DNA from: Candidatus Falkowbacteria bacterium HGW-Falkowbacteria-1
GTDB lineage: Bacteria; Patescibacteriota; Patescibacteriia; Patescibacteriales; UBA12465
NCBI GenBank assembly: GCA_002840305.1
Contig: PHAI01000002.1
Coordinates: 138,707-202,706, forward strand
Direction: 5' to 3'
Length of the DNA stretch: 64,000 nt
The position numbers were made by a program, and so were the translations under genes. This document shows, in pieces, positions 18,188-27,725 of this stretch. How positions within the stretch are numbered: the first letter of the stretch is position 1; each line of letters begins with the position of its first letter. The notes below the pieces were generated by a model that was not told where the DNA came from, searched no databases, and saw only the letters and a program-made list of their open reading frames with translations.

Positions 18188-18712
18188 TTACTCTTTTTCA
18201 TTGATAGCTTTCAAAACATTTACCAAACCTCTAATATTTCCGGCAAGAACATTAACGAAACCAGAAATAGGCGCATTTAAAGACCCTACCATTTGAGCAT
18301 AAAGCTCCTTTTTGCTTGGTAAATTAGCCAAGCTTTCAACCTCATCACCACTAATAAACTTTCCATCCAACATACCTCCAACGAAAGAAATCTTATCTTT
18401 ATTAATCTTCTTGAAATTAAGCACAACCTTAGCAGGAGAAACTTCGTCTTCGTAGGCAAAAATTGCCGCTACTCTTCCAGGAAGGTTTTTGATATCTAAA
18501 TCAGGGAAATTACTGTTTTTAAAGGCTATGTTTAATAATGTCTTTTTTGAAACAAAATACTCACCTTTCTCTTTCTTTAAATTTTTTCTTAATTCTTCGT
18601 TGTCTTTAACTCCTAGGGCATCAAAACTAGCAAAAACAACCGATTTAGATTTACTAATCTTATCACCCAAATTTTCTAATATTTCTTTTTTCTGCTCTCT
18701 ATTTTTTGGCAT
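18188..18712 (-). CDS. rplJ: 50S ribosomal protein L10
   Basis: Position directly upstream of rplL, length 174 aa, and sequence KSKSVVFASFDALGVKDNEELRKNLKKEKGEYFVSKKTL. Confidence 0.9.
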   Translation of the reverse strand: MPKNREQKKEILENLGDKISKSKSVVFASFDALGVKDNEELRKNLKKEKGEYFVSKKTLLNIAFKNSNFPDLDIKNLPGRVAAIFAYEDEVSPAKVVLNFKKINKDKISFVGGMLDGKFISGDEVESLANLPSKKELYAQMVGSLNAPISGFVNVLAGNIRGLVNVLKAINEKE

Positions 18713-18896
18713 AATATTTAAATTTTAATTATTAATAAATAAAAAATCCGCATTTTTAATGCAGATACAATTTTAGACAAAATAAAAATTTAGCTAAAAC
18801 CTCGGTAAGTCTTACATTTGGCACTCCTCTAGGAACCAAAAGCTTACTGTCTGCAGTTAATACTTGTTATTATAACAAAGATTCAAACTATGTCAA
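18713..18896 (-). promoter_or_regulatory. rplJL promoter plus a structured leader with a terminator-like attenuator (L10-leader-like)
   Basis: On the minus strand: TTGACA (18891-18896), 16 nt, TATAAT (18869-18874). The ~150-nt leader has nested helices (GTAAG...CTTAC, TTTGG...CCAAA). It ends in the hairpin ATCTGCAT/ATGCGGAT (18746-18766) followed by T6, about 30 nt before the rplJ ATG. Confidence 0.45.
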
Positions 18897-19929
18897 TAGT
18901 TTCATTGGAATTGACAATTTTCTTATGTTTTATAGGGTTTTTCAACGCTAACTGACCACAGGCGCCAAGAACGTCTTGATTTATCCTATATCTTTCAATA
19001 ACCTCTACTTTTTCTTTTTGTAATATATTCTTGAAATTCTTGATAATTTTATCATCTGACGATTTAAAAGCTCCGTTTTCGTTATATTTTATAAGATTAA
19101 CGAAATAAAGAGGTTTTCTCATCAAAGTCGCCAAACTTTTAGCATCCTTAAAGCTGTCATTTACATCCTTAATCATTAAATATTCAAACATAACCTTGCG
19201 CCCTGTTTTTTTTATATAAAAATCAACTGCTTCTAAAATTTTAGCTATAGAATCACTTTCAGCATTGGGTATTAATCTGTTTCTCGTTTTATCGTTAGAT
19301 GCGTGCAAAGATATCGCTAAATTAACTCTATATTTTTCTCCGGCCATTTTTTTTATTTCCCTGATTAGGCCAACGGTTGAAATAGAAATTTTTCTACTGG
19401 AAATATTAAAAAAATCTTTATCATTTAAAAATTTGATTGCCAAGAAAACATTGTTGTAGTTCAAGAACGGCTCCCCCATACCCATAAAGACTATGTTGGT
19501 TACTTTCTCGTTTCTAGCTTTGAGATATCTACTCCAAAACAAAACCTGAAGCAAAATTTCATTATGATCTAGGTTTCTCTTAAATCCCATTTGACCTGTA
19601 GAACAAAATTTACAAGCCAAAGGACAACCGATCTGAGATGAAACACAAATCGTATTTCTGCCATTTTTATGACTCATCAAAGCCGTCTCCACTTTCAAGT
19701 CATCTTTTAGTTTGATTATTGCCTTACCTGATTTTTTGTCATCCGATAAAAACATATCAGCTTCTATTTTTAAAGACACTTTTTCAATTAATTCATTTCT
19801 CAAATCCAAAGAAAAAACAGAAGCTTCATTCCAATCTTCTATCAAATCCTGAAAGACCAATTTTATAGATTGTTTTAATCTAAAATTAGGCTTACCATTT
19901 AAAGCCTCTTTTAAAATATCTAAAGTCAT
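18883..19929 (-). CDS. rlmN: Radical-SAM 23S rRNA/tRNA adenine-C2 methyltransferase RlmN
   Basis: CPLACKFCSTGQMGFKRNL radical-SAM motif, MGMGEPFLNY, and the C-terminal catalytic GACGQL. Confidence 0.85.
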   Translation of the reverse strand: MTLDILKEALNGKPNFRLKQSIKLVFQDLIEDWNEASVFSLDLRNELIEKVSLKIEADMFLSDDKKSGKAIIKLKDDLKVETALMSHKNGRNTICVSSQIGCPLACKFCSTGQMGFKRNLDHNEILLQVLFWSRYLKARNEKVTNIVFMGMGEPFLNYNNVFLAIKFLNDKDFFNISSRKISISTVGLIREIKKMAGEKYRVNLAISLHASNDKTRNRLIPNAESDSIAKILEAVDFYIKKTGRKVMFEYLMIKDVNDSFKDAKSLATLMRKPLYFVNLIKYNENGAFKSSDDKIIKNFKNILQKEKVEVIERYRINQDVLGACGQLALKNPIKHKKIVNSNETIDIV

Positions 19930-19985
19930 AGTTTATATCGATTTATAATTATATCTTATCATTTATAAAATTATTATACAAATAC

Positions 19986-20012
19986 AGAAACAGCCCCTAA
20001 AAGGGGCTGTTT
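19986..20012 (-). terminator. Hairpin terminator after the RRM gene
   Basis: Perfect 11-bp stem GAAACAGCCCC (19986-19996) / GGGGCTGTTTC (20002-20012). Confidence 0.6.
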
Positions 20013-20046
20013 CAAGGATTTTCTTATTATATAAAGAAAATAAATT

Positions 20047-20322
20047 TTATCTACCAAAGTTAGATCGAGGACGATCCTCTTGAGGTCTAGCTTCGCTTAC
20101 AATGATATTTCTACCACTTAAATCAGATCCATTGAACATAGAAACTGCTTTTTGAGCTTCTTCTTCAGAAGACATCTCAACAAAACCGAAACCCTTTGAT
20201 CTACCAGTCATTTTGTCTTTAATCACAATGGCTGACTCAACTGTTCCAGCTTGAGAAAACAAATCTTTCAATTCATCTTCAGTAGCTGCGAAAGGCAAAC
20301 TGCCTACAAATAATTTTTTCAT
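20047..20322 (-). CDS. RRM-type RNA-binding protein (~91 aa)
   Basis: RNP2 LFVGSL and RNP1 KGFGFVEM. The start is moved to MKKLFVGSL (cat 20320-20322). Confidence 0.9.
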   Translation of the reverse strand: MKKLFVGSLPFAATEDELKDLFSQAGTVESAIVIKDKMTGRSKGFGFVEMSSEEEAQKAVSMFNGSDLSGRNIIVSEARPQEDRPRSNFGR

Positions 20323-20435
20323 ACGAAATATTCTTATACAAATAAATAAAAACAAGTCGACCCTTTTATCTAATTCTCACGAACATTTTTATTTGTGCAA
20401 GAATATTAGAATGAAGTCTTGTTTTGAACATTTTT

Positions 20436-20464
20436 ATTATATCCTATTTTTTAAAAAATAGCAA
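20436..20464 (-). promoter_or_regulatory. Promoter for the RRM gene with a ~110-nt 5' UTR
   Basis: On the minus strand: TTGCTA (20459-20464), 17 nt, TATAAT (20436-20441). Confidence 0.6.
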
Positions 20465-20486
20465 TAGACTTAGCAAGTATTAGAAA

Positions 20487-22580
20487 CTACTTTACGGGCA
20501 AAGAAAAGGAAAAGGTTGTTCCTTTTTTCTTATTATTTTCAAACCAAATATGGCCACCGTGAGCTTTTATTATTTTCTTGGCAATAAAAAGACCTAAACC
20601 AAAACCGCTAGTTGACATAATATTGGCTTCGGATCCTCTAAAAAATTTCTTAAATATTTCTGGCTTCTCCTCTTCTTTTATGCCAACGCCCGAGTCAGAT
20701 ATAGAAAATATAAAATTTTTCTTTTTATTAAATTGCTTAAGCTCGGAAGACATAACAATTTTACCACCAACGTTAGTATAATTATAAGAATTCAAAAGAA
20801 TTATATCTAAAACTTTATTTATTTTACCAACATCACATTTTATCTTCGCTTTTATAAGGTCAAATTTAAACTGCGGTTTTATTTTTTTACTACTCAATAA
20901 ACCATTGTTTCTTTTTACAAATTCATTCAACAACAAATTCATGTCAACTTCATTCTTAACTACACTCATTTTTTTGTCTTCAATTTCTAGAACTGACAAC
21001 AATTGATCAAGTTGACGACCGAAAAAAAGTACTCCTTGATAGGCATCCTCTATGGCACTATGCTTTTCTTTCTTATCGATGGAGTTATCCAGCGCTAACT
21101 CTAAATTATATCGACTAATAGTAACAGGAGTTCTAAGCTGATGAGAAACAACTGAAATAAAATTTGATTTTGCCTCGTCCAATCTTTTCAACTCTTCAAA
21201 AGATCTGGCATTCTCAATGACATAACTAAGCTCCCAAACAATATGTTTCAAAAGCTTTAAATCTCTAGAATTAAAAACATTATTAGATTTTTTAGGGCCA
21301 AGTAAATAAGCTCCGATAATTTTACCCTTTAAATTAATAGGAACAACCAAAGAAATTTTCATTTTGTCCATTTCTTTTAATATGCTTTTTTTGGTCTTTA
21401 TATCTACACCGTCACCGTTTTTACAGTCACGCCTTTCAAGATCATCTCTATCCAAGACACCATCTCGACAATCATTCAAATAACTAATCATTGGATTGTT
21501 ATATTTAATCTCAACTTCGCCTTGATCGCCACCAATTATTTGTCTTGAAATAAAATGATCCTTGGGAATTAAAATCGCAATAATGCCTCTTTCGACCTTC
21601 AAAACCGAACTTACTATATTGTTAACAGCGCTTAAATTCTTATCCAAATCCAAACCAGAAGAATGAATTTGCCTCCTTATTTTACCAAGAACATCATCAA
21701 ATTTATAATGTCGCTTAAAAAATATCTTATCAGTAATAAATTCGATAAATCTTTTCAAAGGTGAGAAACTTATCGTGATCACCAATGAAGACAATATCAA
21801 ATCTACTGGATGGCCGATTTCAAATAAACTAAAGAGTAAATAGCTAAACAAAACATATATAAAGGTAATGGAAAAAAGCAAAAAAGTAAAAATCGTACCC
21901 AACCTAAATACAAAATAAATATCCATTAAACGATATCGAACTATAGCGTAGGAAATAAAGGCAAGCATAAAAACGGAGAAAGACGGTCCAACTAAGTTCA
22001 AAGATCTTATATCAAAAAAGGCTGGTAATATTAAATTAGTTATCGTCCCGGGAATAATAAAAGCAAAAATGCCTAACAAGACATATTTTATTTTCAACCT
22101 TTCACTCCCTTTATTTTTGATATATTTTACAAAAATAACAAAAATAACAAAAAACAGATAAGTTAAAATATAAGATATAAAAAATGAATAATATTCTCCG
22201 GCGACAGAAATCATTATCCCATTTTTAAAAACAACTGAACTTATTATCTTTTCACTAAAAACAAAAAAATTTAGAATTACAGTTGGTATTAAAAAAAACA
22301 AAGAATAATACTTTCTATATCCTGCACCACTACCAAGACCAAACAAAAAAATAAGAAGAAAACATATAATAAATGAAGCTGAAGAAAAAGCTAGCTCGGC
22401 ATATATTATTTTTTGAAAAAAATGAAAAGAACAAAAAGTAAAGAAAGACCATCCGGCCACACTTAAAGAAAAAAACAAGAACGCCACATTCAAAAACTTT
22501 TTTGGTCTTTCAAAAAAAGTATAAAAACCCAATAAAGAATTTAGAATAAAAGAAACTAAAAGCAAGCCAGAAGAGAGCAT
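20487..22580 (-). CDS. Sensor histidine kinase with a polytopic N-terminal membrane domain, GAF-like middle, HisKA and HATPase_c domains (697 aa)
   Basis: About 8 TM segments. H-box FISVVSHQLRTPVT. G-boxes DSGVGIKEEE...GFGLGLFIAKKIIKAHGGHIWFEN. No response regulator is present anywhere in the window. Confidence 0.85.
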   Translation of the reverse strand: MLSSGLLLVSFILNSLLGFYTFFERPKKFLNVAFLFFSLSVAGWSFFTFCSFHFFQKIIYAELAFSSASFIICFLLIFLFGLGSGAGYRKYYSLFFLIPTVILNFFVFSEKIISSVVFKNGIMISVAGEYYSFFISYILTYLFFVIFVIFVKYIKNKGSERLKIKYVLLGIFAFIIPGTITNLILPAFFDIRSLNLVGPSFSVFMLAFISYAIVRYRLMDIYFVFRLGTIFTFLLFSITFIYVLFSYLLFSLFEIGHPVDLILSSLVITISFSPLKRFIEFITDKIFFKRHYKFDDVLGKIRRQIHSSGLDLDKNLSAVNNIVSSVLKVERGIIAILIPKDHFISRQIIGGDQGEVEIKYNNPMISYLNDCRDGVLDRDDLERRDCKNGDGVDIKTKKSILKEMDKMKISLVVPINLKGKIIGAYLLGPKKSNNVFNSRDLKLLKHIVWELSYVIENARSFEELKRLDEAKSNFISVVSHQLRTPVTISRYNLELALDNSIDKKEKHSAIEDAYQGVLFFGRQLDQLLSVLEIEDKKMSVVKNEVDMNLLLNEFVKRNNGLLSSKKIKPQFKFDLIKAKIKCDVGKINKVLDIILLNSYNYTNVGGKIVMSSELKQFNKKKNFIFSISDSGVGIKEEEKPEIFKKFFRGSEANIMSTSGFGLGLFIAKKIIKAHGGHIWFENNKKKGTTFSFSLPVK

Positions 22581-22631
22581 AGTTTTTCTTTAAAGGCTTT
22601 AAACTCTTTTAGAGTCTAAAGCCTTTTGTTT

Positions 22632-23327
22632 TTAAATTTTTAAATTTTTTTCTATTATTAAAATATTTTCTTCAACAGAGGATGCAAAAGGAGCCATGTT
22701 CCAGGTATCCATACAAACAAACTTCTCTCCAATAAAATTAAATTTTATACCAATTCTCTGCAAATAATTCAATAATTCAATTCTCATTATTCCACAAAAA
22801 TTGTCATAATTATTAACCCTGGCATACAAATGAGCAACATGAAGAAGTTTTAATAGATACCGCCTATTCCCTCTGTGATTCTTTAGAAACCCAAATCTTG
22901 ATATTTCTAAAAAATTTCTCAGATCCAAAAAAGACAAATAGCTTCCAACAGGAATATTATACAAACCTTGGAAATTCCAATCTTTATCGGGAATTTTTAT
23001 AAGCCTCATAACCCCTATCGGAACATCATTTTCAAGCGCTAAAAAATGAAAAGAATCTGAATCATAATTGTTATAACCTCTTTTAACGTTTAAACCGTTT
23101 TCTTCTATATAAATTTCCTCTCTAAGAAAATATACCTGAAACATTTGATCATTGTCTTTTGCTAGTTTTACGACCAAATCTTTTGGTTCTACAAAATAAA
23201 ACAGATAAAAGAATTTTAAAATTCTTTTAGATTCAACCAAGTCAAAACCATCCTCGACCATTCTTTTTGTTATACTTTTTCCGCTTCCAATACCAAAAAA
23301 CTTATTAATCTTTCCTTGATTCCTCAT
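22632..23327 (-). CDS. FeeM / LuxI-clan GNAT-type N-acyltransferase (N-acyl amino acid synthase-like), 231 aa
   Basis: YDSDSFHFLALENDVPIGVMRLI..., LEISRFGFLKNHRG..., RIELLNYLQRIGIKFNFIGEKF. This follows the FeeM / exosortase-associated acyltransferase pattern. AGGAGG SD is present. Confidence 0.55.
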   Translation of the reverse strand: MRNQGKINKFFGIGSGKSITKRMVEDGFDLVESKRILKFFYLFYFVEPKDLVVKLAKDNDQMFQVYFLREEIYIEENGLNVKRGYNNYDSDSFHFLALENDVPIGVMRLIKIPDKDWNFQGLYNIPVGSYLSFLDLRNFLEISRFGFLKNHRGNRRYLLKLLHVAHLYARVNNYDNFCGIMRIELLNYLQRIGIKFNFIGEKFVCMDTWNMAPFASSVEENILIIEKNLKI

Positions 23328-23438
23328 TTTTGTCCTCCTTTCTTTTTTAGTTAAACATTTTAATATATAAAAGAACTATAAACTATTTGAATCACTAATC
23401 AAATAATACCATTTTTTAAAGAAATGAACAATAAAATA

Positions 23439-24974
23439 TCAAGAATTAAACTCCAACAACTCTTCCAGATAGTCCCTACTGTTTGAAAGTCGCGGAACTT
23501 TGTTCTGACCGCCAAGCTTACCCTTGCTTTTTAGCCAATCATAAAACAAATTTTTTCTAGCTATATTTATTTTTGGCAGGCTCAAAATCATATTCATATA
23601 TCTCTTCGCCTCATAATCAGAATTCAAGCCTTTCAGAGCTTGGTCTAGATCAACGATAAATTTATTTATATCGATAGGACATTTTTCAAATTCAATCAGC
23701 CATTCATGACCGCCCTTAGTTTTCCCCTCCATAAAAATAGGACAAACTGTATAATCATTAATTATGGCGTCATTCTTTTTTAAAGCTATCTCTAATGCTT
23801 TGTCGGTATTCCCCACCATTAATTCTTCCCCAAAAACATTAATAAAATGTTTCGTTCGCCCAGCAATTTTGATTCTAACTGGCAAAGTAGATGTTATCTC
23901 TACGGTGTCCCCTATTAAATAGCGCCACAAGCCACCATTAGTCGAAATAAGCAAGGCATAAATTTTACCTAGTTCCAAATCTGAAACGGTGATAATTCTC
24001 GGATTTTCTTTATTAAAATCTTCTATGGGAATAAACTCATAAAAAACTCCTATATCCAACATTAACAACATGTCATCGCGCTTTAAATCGTCGTTTAAAG
24101 CAAAAAAACCCTCGGAAGCATTATAGACTTCCAAATAATTCATATTGGGACTAGAAATTATTTCTTGAAACTGTTTTTTATATGGTCCAAAGCTAACTCC
24201 ACCATGAATAAACAATTCAAGATTTGGCCATAAGTCGGAAATATTTTTCTTGCCAGAAATATCTAAGACTTTCTTTAAGACTAATAACGTCCAAGAAGGA
24301 ACACCCGCCAAGGCAACTATGTTCTCATTGATAATATCTTCGGCCATTTTATCCATTTTTTCCTCCCAATCATTAAGAAGCGCAACCGAAATTTTTGGAG
24401 CCCTAAAAGGCTTGGCCCAAAAAGGTATATTTTTCATTAGAATGGCCGACAAATCACCACAGTTTAACTCTTTGAAACTATTATCAAAAGAACCACCTAT
24501 AGAAACTGTTTTACCAAAAAAAACATTAGTCTCTGGATTTATTTTATAATAAGAAGCCAGAACGTCCTCCCCTCCTCGATAGTGACAATCACTTAAGGCT
24601 TCGTCAGAAATAGGAATTATTTTGCTTTTACTGCCGGTTGTTCCCGAGGACTTTGCTAAATACTTTGTTTCACCTGGCCATAAAACATCCTTTTTTTTAT
24701 CTAAAATTTTATTTACCTCACTCGACAAATCATCATAAGAAGAAACAGGCACAAGACTCTGAAAACATTTCAAAGATTTGACAAAATATTTTTGGTCAAC
24801 AAAAGAATTATATTTATATTTTTTTCCCCAATCAGTGTTTTTGGCTCTATTCAACAAATAAAAAAACACCTCTGATTGAGCTGCTCCCGGATTAGATTTA
24901 AAAAAATCAATTTGTTTGTAACGAGATGAAAATTTTAGTTTAAAAAACATGTTAGTTAAAACCATAAAAAACAA
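23439..24974 (-). CDS. GH3-family adenylating (acyl acid amido synthetase-like) protein, 511 aa
   Basis: LAKSSGTTGSKSKIIPIS, YNASEGFFAL, GGLWRYLIGDTV, GRTKHFINVFGEEL and QNKVPRL match bacterial GH3 auxin-responsive-promoter family signatures. The exact start is uncertain. Confidence 0.8.
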   Translation of the reverse strand: MFFMVLTNMFFKLKFSSRYKQIDFFKSNPGAAQSEVFFYLLNRAKNTDWGKKYKYNSFVDQKYFVKSLKCFQSLVPVSSYDDLSSEVNKILDKKKDVLWPGETKYLAKSSGTTGSKSKIIPISDEALSDCHYRGGEDVLASYYKINPETNVFFGKTVSIGGSFDNSFKELNCGDLSAILMKNIPFWAKPFRAPKISVALLNDWEEKMDKMAEDIINENIVALAGVPSWTLLVLKKVLDISGKKNISDLWPNLELFIHGGVSFGPYKKQFQEIISSPNMNYLEVYNASEGFFALNDDLKRDDMLLMLDIGVFYEFIPIEDFNKENPRIITVSDLELGKIYALLISTNGGLWRYLIGDTVEITSTLPVRIKIAGRTKHFINVFGEELMVGNTDKALEIALKKNDAIINDYTVCPIFMEGKTKGGHEWLIEFEKCPIDINKFIVDLDQALKGLNSDYEAKRYMNMILSLPKINIARKNLFYDWLKSKGKLGGQNKVPRLSNSRDYLEELLEFNS

Positions 24975-25012
24975 AAACAGAGATTAAAAGGCTAATCTAT
25001 CTTTCTATAAAA

Positions 25013-25231
25013 CTATTTCTTACACTTACACAAAGGATTCTGGACCAATAAATAAACAGTCGCCAAACCGACTAAGCCGTAGACAAAGCGCGATAAACAA
25101 GTAAGGCCGTCAAAATCAAAACAAATAAAAGAAATCAAATTTACATCGAAAAAACCAACCATTCCTAGGCTTAAACCACTAATAATCACTAACGTTAATG
25201 CTAAATAATCTAACCAATTTAATTTTTTCAT
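25013..25231 (-). CDS. DUF378-type small two-TM membrane protein
   Basis: MKKLNWLDYLALTLVIISGLSLGMVGFF...VYGLVGLATVYLL. The start is moved to M11 of the track ORF. Confidence 0.6.
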   Translation of the reverse strand: MKKLNWLDYLALTLVIISGLSLGMVGFFDVNLISFICFDFDGLTCLSRFVYGLVGLATVYLLVQNPLCKCKK

Positions 25232-25369
25232 AAGATTACGGACCACTATTGTCATTCTCATTTACCAGCTAATAAGCAAGGGAAAAAACAAGAATTTACA
25301 ATAAAATGGTAATGAATTAAATATATCTTTACTTGTTAAATATAACATTTTTTGAACAAAAACACCATA

Positions 25370-25398
25370 TTGACAATTCAATAAAAATATGATATAAT
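25370..25398 (+). promoter_or_regulatory. Perfect consensus sigma-70 promoter
   Basis: TTGACA (25370-25375), 17 nt, TATAAT (25393-25398). Confidence 0.7.
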
Positions 25399-25434
25399 CA
25401 CAGAACGTACCATAACAACTAAAAATGAGAGATC

Positions 25435-25674
25435 ATGGGAAAAATAAACGTCAATTTTAGAGGTGATGTATATATGGCCGATATATCGATAAGTGATTTT
25501 AAAATTTCTAAGGCTGAATCTCCATGGGAAAAAATAACAATCAAGGGATTCGGCGATACTGAACTAATAGTGTCCATTGAAGACTTAACTTTAATAGGAC
25601 CAAATCTTGGATCAGCAACATATTGCCTGAAAACCTACACTGGCGATATTAAAAACAAAAAGGGCACTCAATGA
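25435..25674 (+). CDS. Small hypothetical protein (79 aa or shorter)
   Basis: The ORF is bracketed by a consensus promoter and a terminator. No motif recognised. An alternative start is at MADISISDF. Confidence 0.45.
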   Translation: MGKINVNFRGDVYMADISISDFKISKAESPWEKITIKGFGDTELIVSIEDLTLIGPNLGSATYCLKTYTGDIKNKKGTQ

Positions 25675-25685
25675 GCGCCCTTTTA
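25656..25685. terminator. Bidirectional terminator between the small plus-strand gene and thrS
   Basis: GGGCACTC (25662-25669) / GAGCGCCC (25673-25680), flanked by an A-run and a T-run. Confidence 0.55.
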
Positions 25686-25691
25686 AATTTT

Positions 25692-27458
25692 CTATTTTTT
25701 ATCAGCAATCTCTTTTAAAATTAAATCATAAAAATCATTGGGTGAAAAAATATTAGTACTATTCTCTCCTCTCTTTCTAACGGCAAAAATATTATCCTCT
25801 ATCTCTTTATCACCAACAACTATTACATATGGAATTTTTTCGGAAGCAGTTTTTCTAATCTTGTTAGAAACTGTTTCATTGTTAACATCAATCTCAACTC
25901 TAATATCTCTATTCAAAAATTCTTGCTTTAAACTTTTACAATAATCAATATGCTTCTCTCCGACTGATAATATTTTTACTTGAACCGGAGAAAGCCATAA
26001 AGGAAAAGACCCCCCGTAATGTTCAATCAAAACCCCGAAGAATCTTTCCAGGGAACCCAAAAGAGCTCGATGAATCATTATTGGTCTTTCTTCTTTTTCT
26101 GTTCCCTGATATGTCATATCAAACTTTTCCGGTAAATTAAAATCGAGTTGTATAGTTGTAAGTTGCCATTCACGACCTATAGAATCTTTCACTTTTATAT
26201 CTAATGCTGGTCCATAAAATTTGGCACCGCCCTCTTCGACCTCATAAGGCATATTAAAGTCAGCTACTACTTCTTTGATTGTTTTTTCGGCCATCTCCCA
26301 TATTTCACTATCTCCCATGTATTTTTCAATATTTTTAGGATCTCTAACGGCTAAATAACCCTTAACTTCAGTGAAGCCAAATATTTTAAACATATCAAAG
26401 CTGAGTTTCAAAACTTCTCTATATTCATCGGCAAACTGATCTTTTCGACAAATAATATGAGCATCATCCTGAGTAAAACCCCTAACTCTTAACATTCCGC
26501 TTAATTCTCCACTTTTTTCATAACGATAAACTGACCCTAATTCATTCCACCGTAAAGGAAATTCTCTCCAAGAACGAGGTCTTGATTTATAAATTTCTAC
26601 ATGGAAGGGGCAATTCATAGGTTTGACAAAATACTCTTCTCCGTCAACGTTCATCGGCGCATACATTGAATCTTTGAAAAAACCAAGATGGCCACTTGTT
26701 TCCCAGAGTTTCGATCGACCAATATGGGGAGTATAAACAGCATCATAGCCTCTTTGTCTGTGAAATACTCTCCAAAAAGATTCAACAGCTTCTCTAATTT
26801 TAGCTAATTTTGGATGCCATAAAATAAGACCAGGACCAACTTTTTCACTAATCGAAAACAAGTCCAACTCTTGCCCTAATTTTCTATGATCTCTTTTTTT
26901 TGCCTCTTCAATCATTTTTAAATAACTATCCAATTCTTCTGCACCACCGAAGGCCAAACCATATATCCTAGTTAACATTTTATTTTTTTCATCCCCTCTC
27001 CAATAAGCCCCAGCTGTCTTATCAAGTTTGAAAGACCCTGGTTTTATTTTAGCGCTAGATTCTATATGTGGGCCACGACATAAATCAACGAAATTCCCCA
27101 ATTGATAGAAACTAACAACTTTTTGACCTTCTGCCTTTAACTCATTTAAAATATCAAGCTTATAAACATCATCTGATTTTTTAAATTTGCTTATAGCTTC
27201 GTCAATACTTAATTCCGATCGAGAAAACTTTAGATTCTGCTTAATTATGTGCTTCATTTTTTTCTCAATTCCAATTAAATCATTATCCCCTATTTTTTGT
27301 TCTCCGAAATCTATATCATAGTAAAAACCATTATCAATTTCGGGCCCAATTGCAAACTTGGCATTAGGATAAATCTCGTAAACGGCCAAGGCCATTATAT
27401 GCGCCAAAGAATGACGACTTATTTCTAATTCATTTTTTTGATCATTTTTGTTTTCCAT
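25692..27458 (-). CDS. thrS: Threonyl-tRNA synthetase lacking the N-terminal TGS domain
   Basis: It begins at the editing-domain motif SRHSLAHIMA...IGPEIDNGFYYDIDF. It has class II motifs (FRYEKSGELSGMLRVRGFTQDDAHI, GGAKFYGP) and an anticodon-binding tail. Confidence 0.95.
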   Translation of the reverse strand: MENKNDQKNELEISRHSLAHIMALAVYEIYPNAKFAIGPEIDNGFYYDIDFGEQKIGDNDLIGIEKKMKHIIKQNLKFSRSELSIDEAISKFKKSDDVYKLDILNELKAEGQKVVSFYQLGNFVDLCRGPHIESSAKIKPGSFKLDKTAGAYWRGDEKNKMLTRIYGLAFGGAEELDSYLKMIEEAKKRDHRKLGQELDLFSISEKVGPGLILWHPKLAKIREAVESFWRVFHRQRGYDAVYTPHIGRSKLWETSGHLGFFKDSMYAPMNVDGEEYFVKPMNCPFHVEIYKSRPRSWREFPLRWNELGSVYRYEKSGELSGMLRVRGFTQDDAHIICRKDQFADEYREVLKLSFDMFKIFGFTEVKGYLAVRDPKNIEKYMGDSEIWEMAEKTIKEVVADFNMPYEVEEGGAKFYGPALDIKVKDSIGREWQLTTIQLDFNLPEKFDMTYQGTEKEERPIMIHRALLGSLERFFGVLIEHYGGSFPLWLSPVQVKILSVGEKHIDYCKSLKQEFLNRDIRVEIDVNNETVSNKIRKTASEKIPYVIVVGDKEIEDNIFAVRKRGENSTNIFSPNDFYDLILKEIADKK

Positions 27459-27482
27459 ATTTTTTTAATTAATAATAAATAA

Positions 27483-27718
27483 TAAAAAATCCCGTTCCAA
27501 TAATTAAAAATTTTATAAAAAAATAATTAATTACTAGAACGGGATTTCCCGCGGTTCCATCTAGTTTCTTTTCTGATTAAACAGAAAAACACTTGATTTT
27601 ATTTAAAGCAGTTTAGTTTTTGAATTGTAAAAATTCAAAAATTAATCAAATTAATGAAAAATTATAGTTGGTAGCTATAACAATCAATGTTTTAAATAAA
27701 TATTAAAATTATTTGAAC
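27483..27718 (-). promoter_or_regulatory. T-box riboswitch leader (tRNA-Thr sensing) upstream of thrS
   Basis: The minus-strand RNA reads AAACUAGA-UGGAACC-GCGGG-AAAU-CCCGU-UCUAGU. That gives helix A1 ACUAGA/UCUAGU, a 7-nt UGGNACC bulge and helix A2. A competing terminator AAAUCCCGUUC (27537-27547) / GAACGGGAUUU (27487-27497) is followed by a U-run. An upstream hairpin UUAUAG-CUACCAA-CUAUAA presents the Thr codon ACC (27670-27672). Confidence 0.85.
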
Positions 27719-27725
27719 TGTCTAT

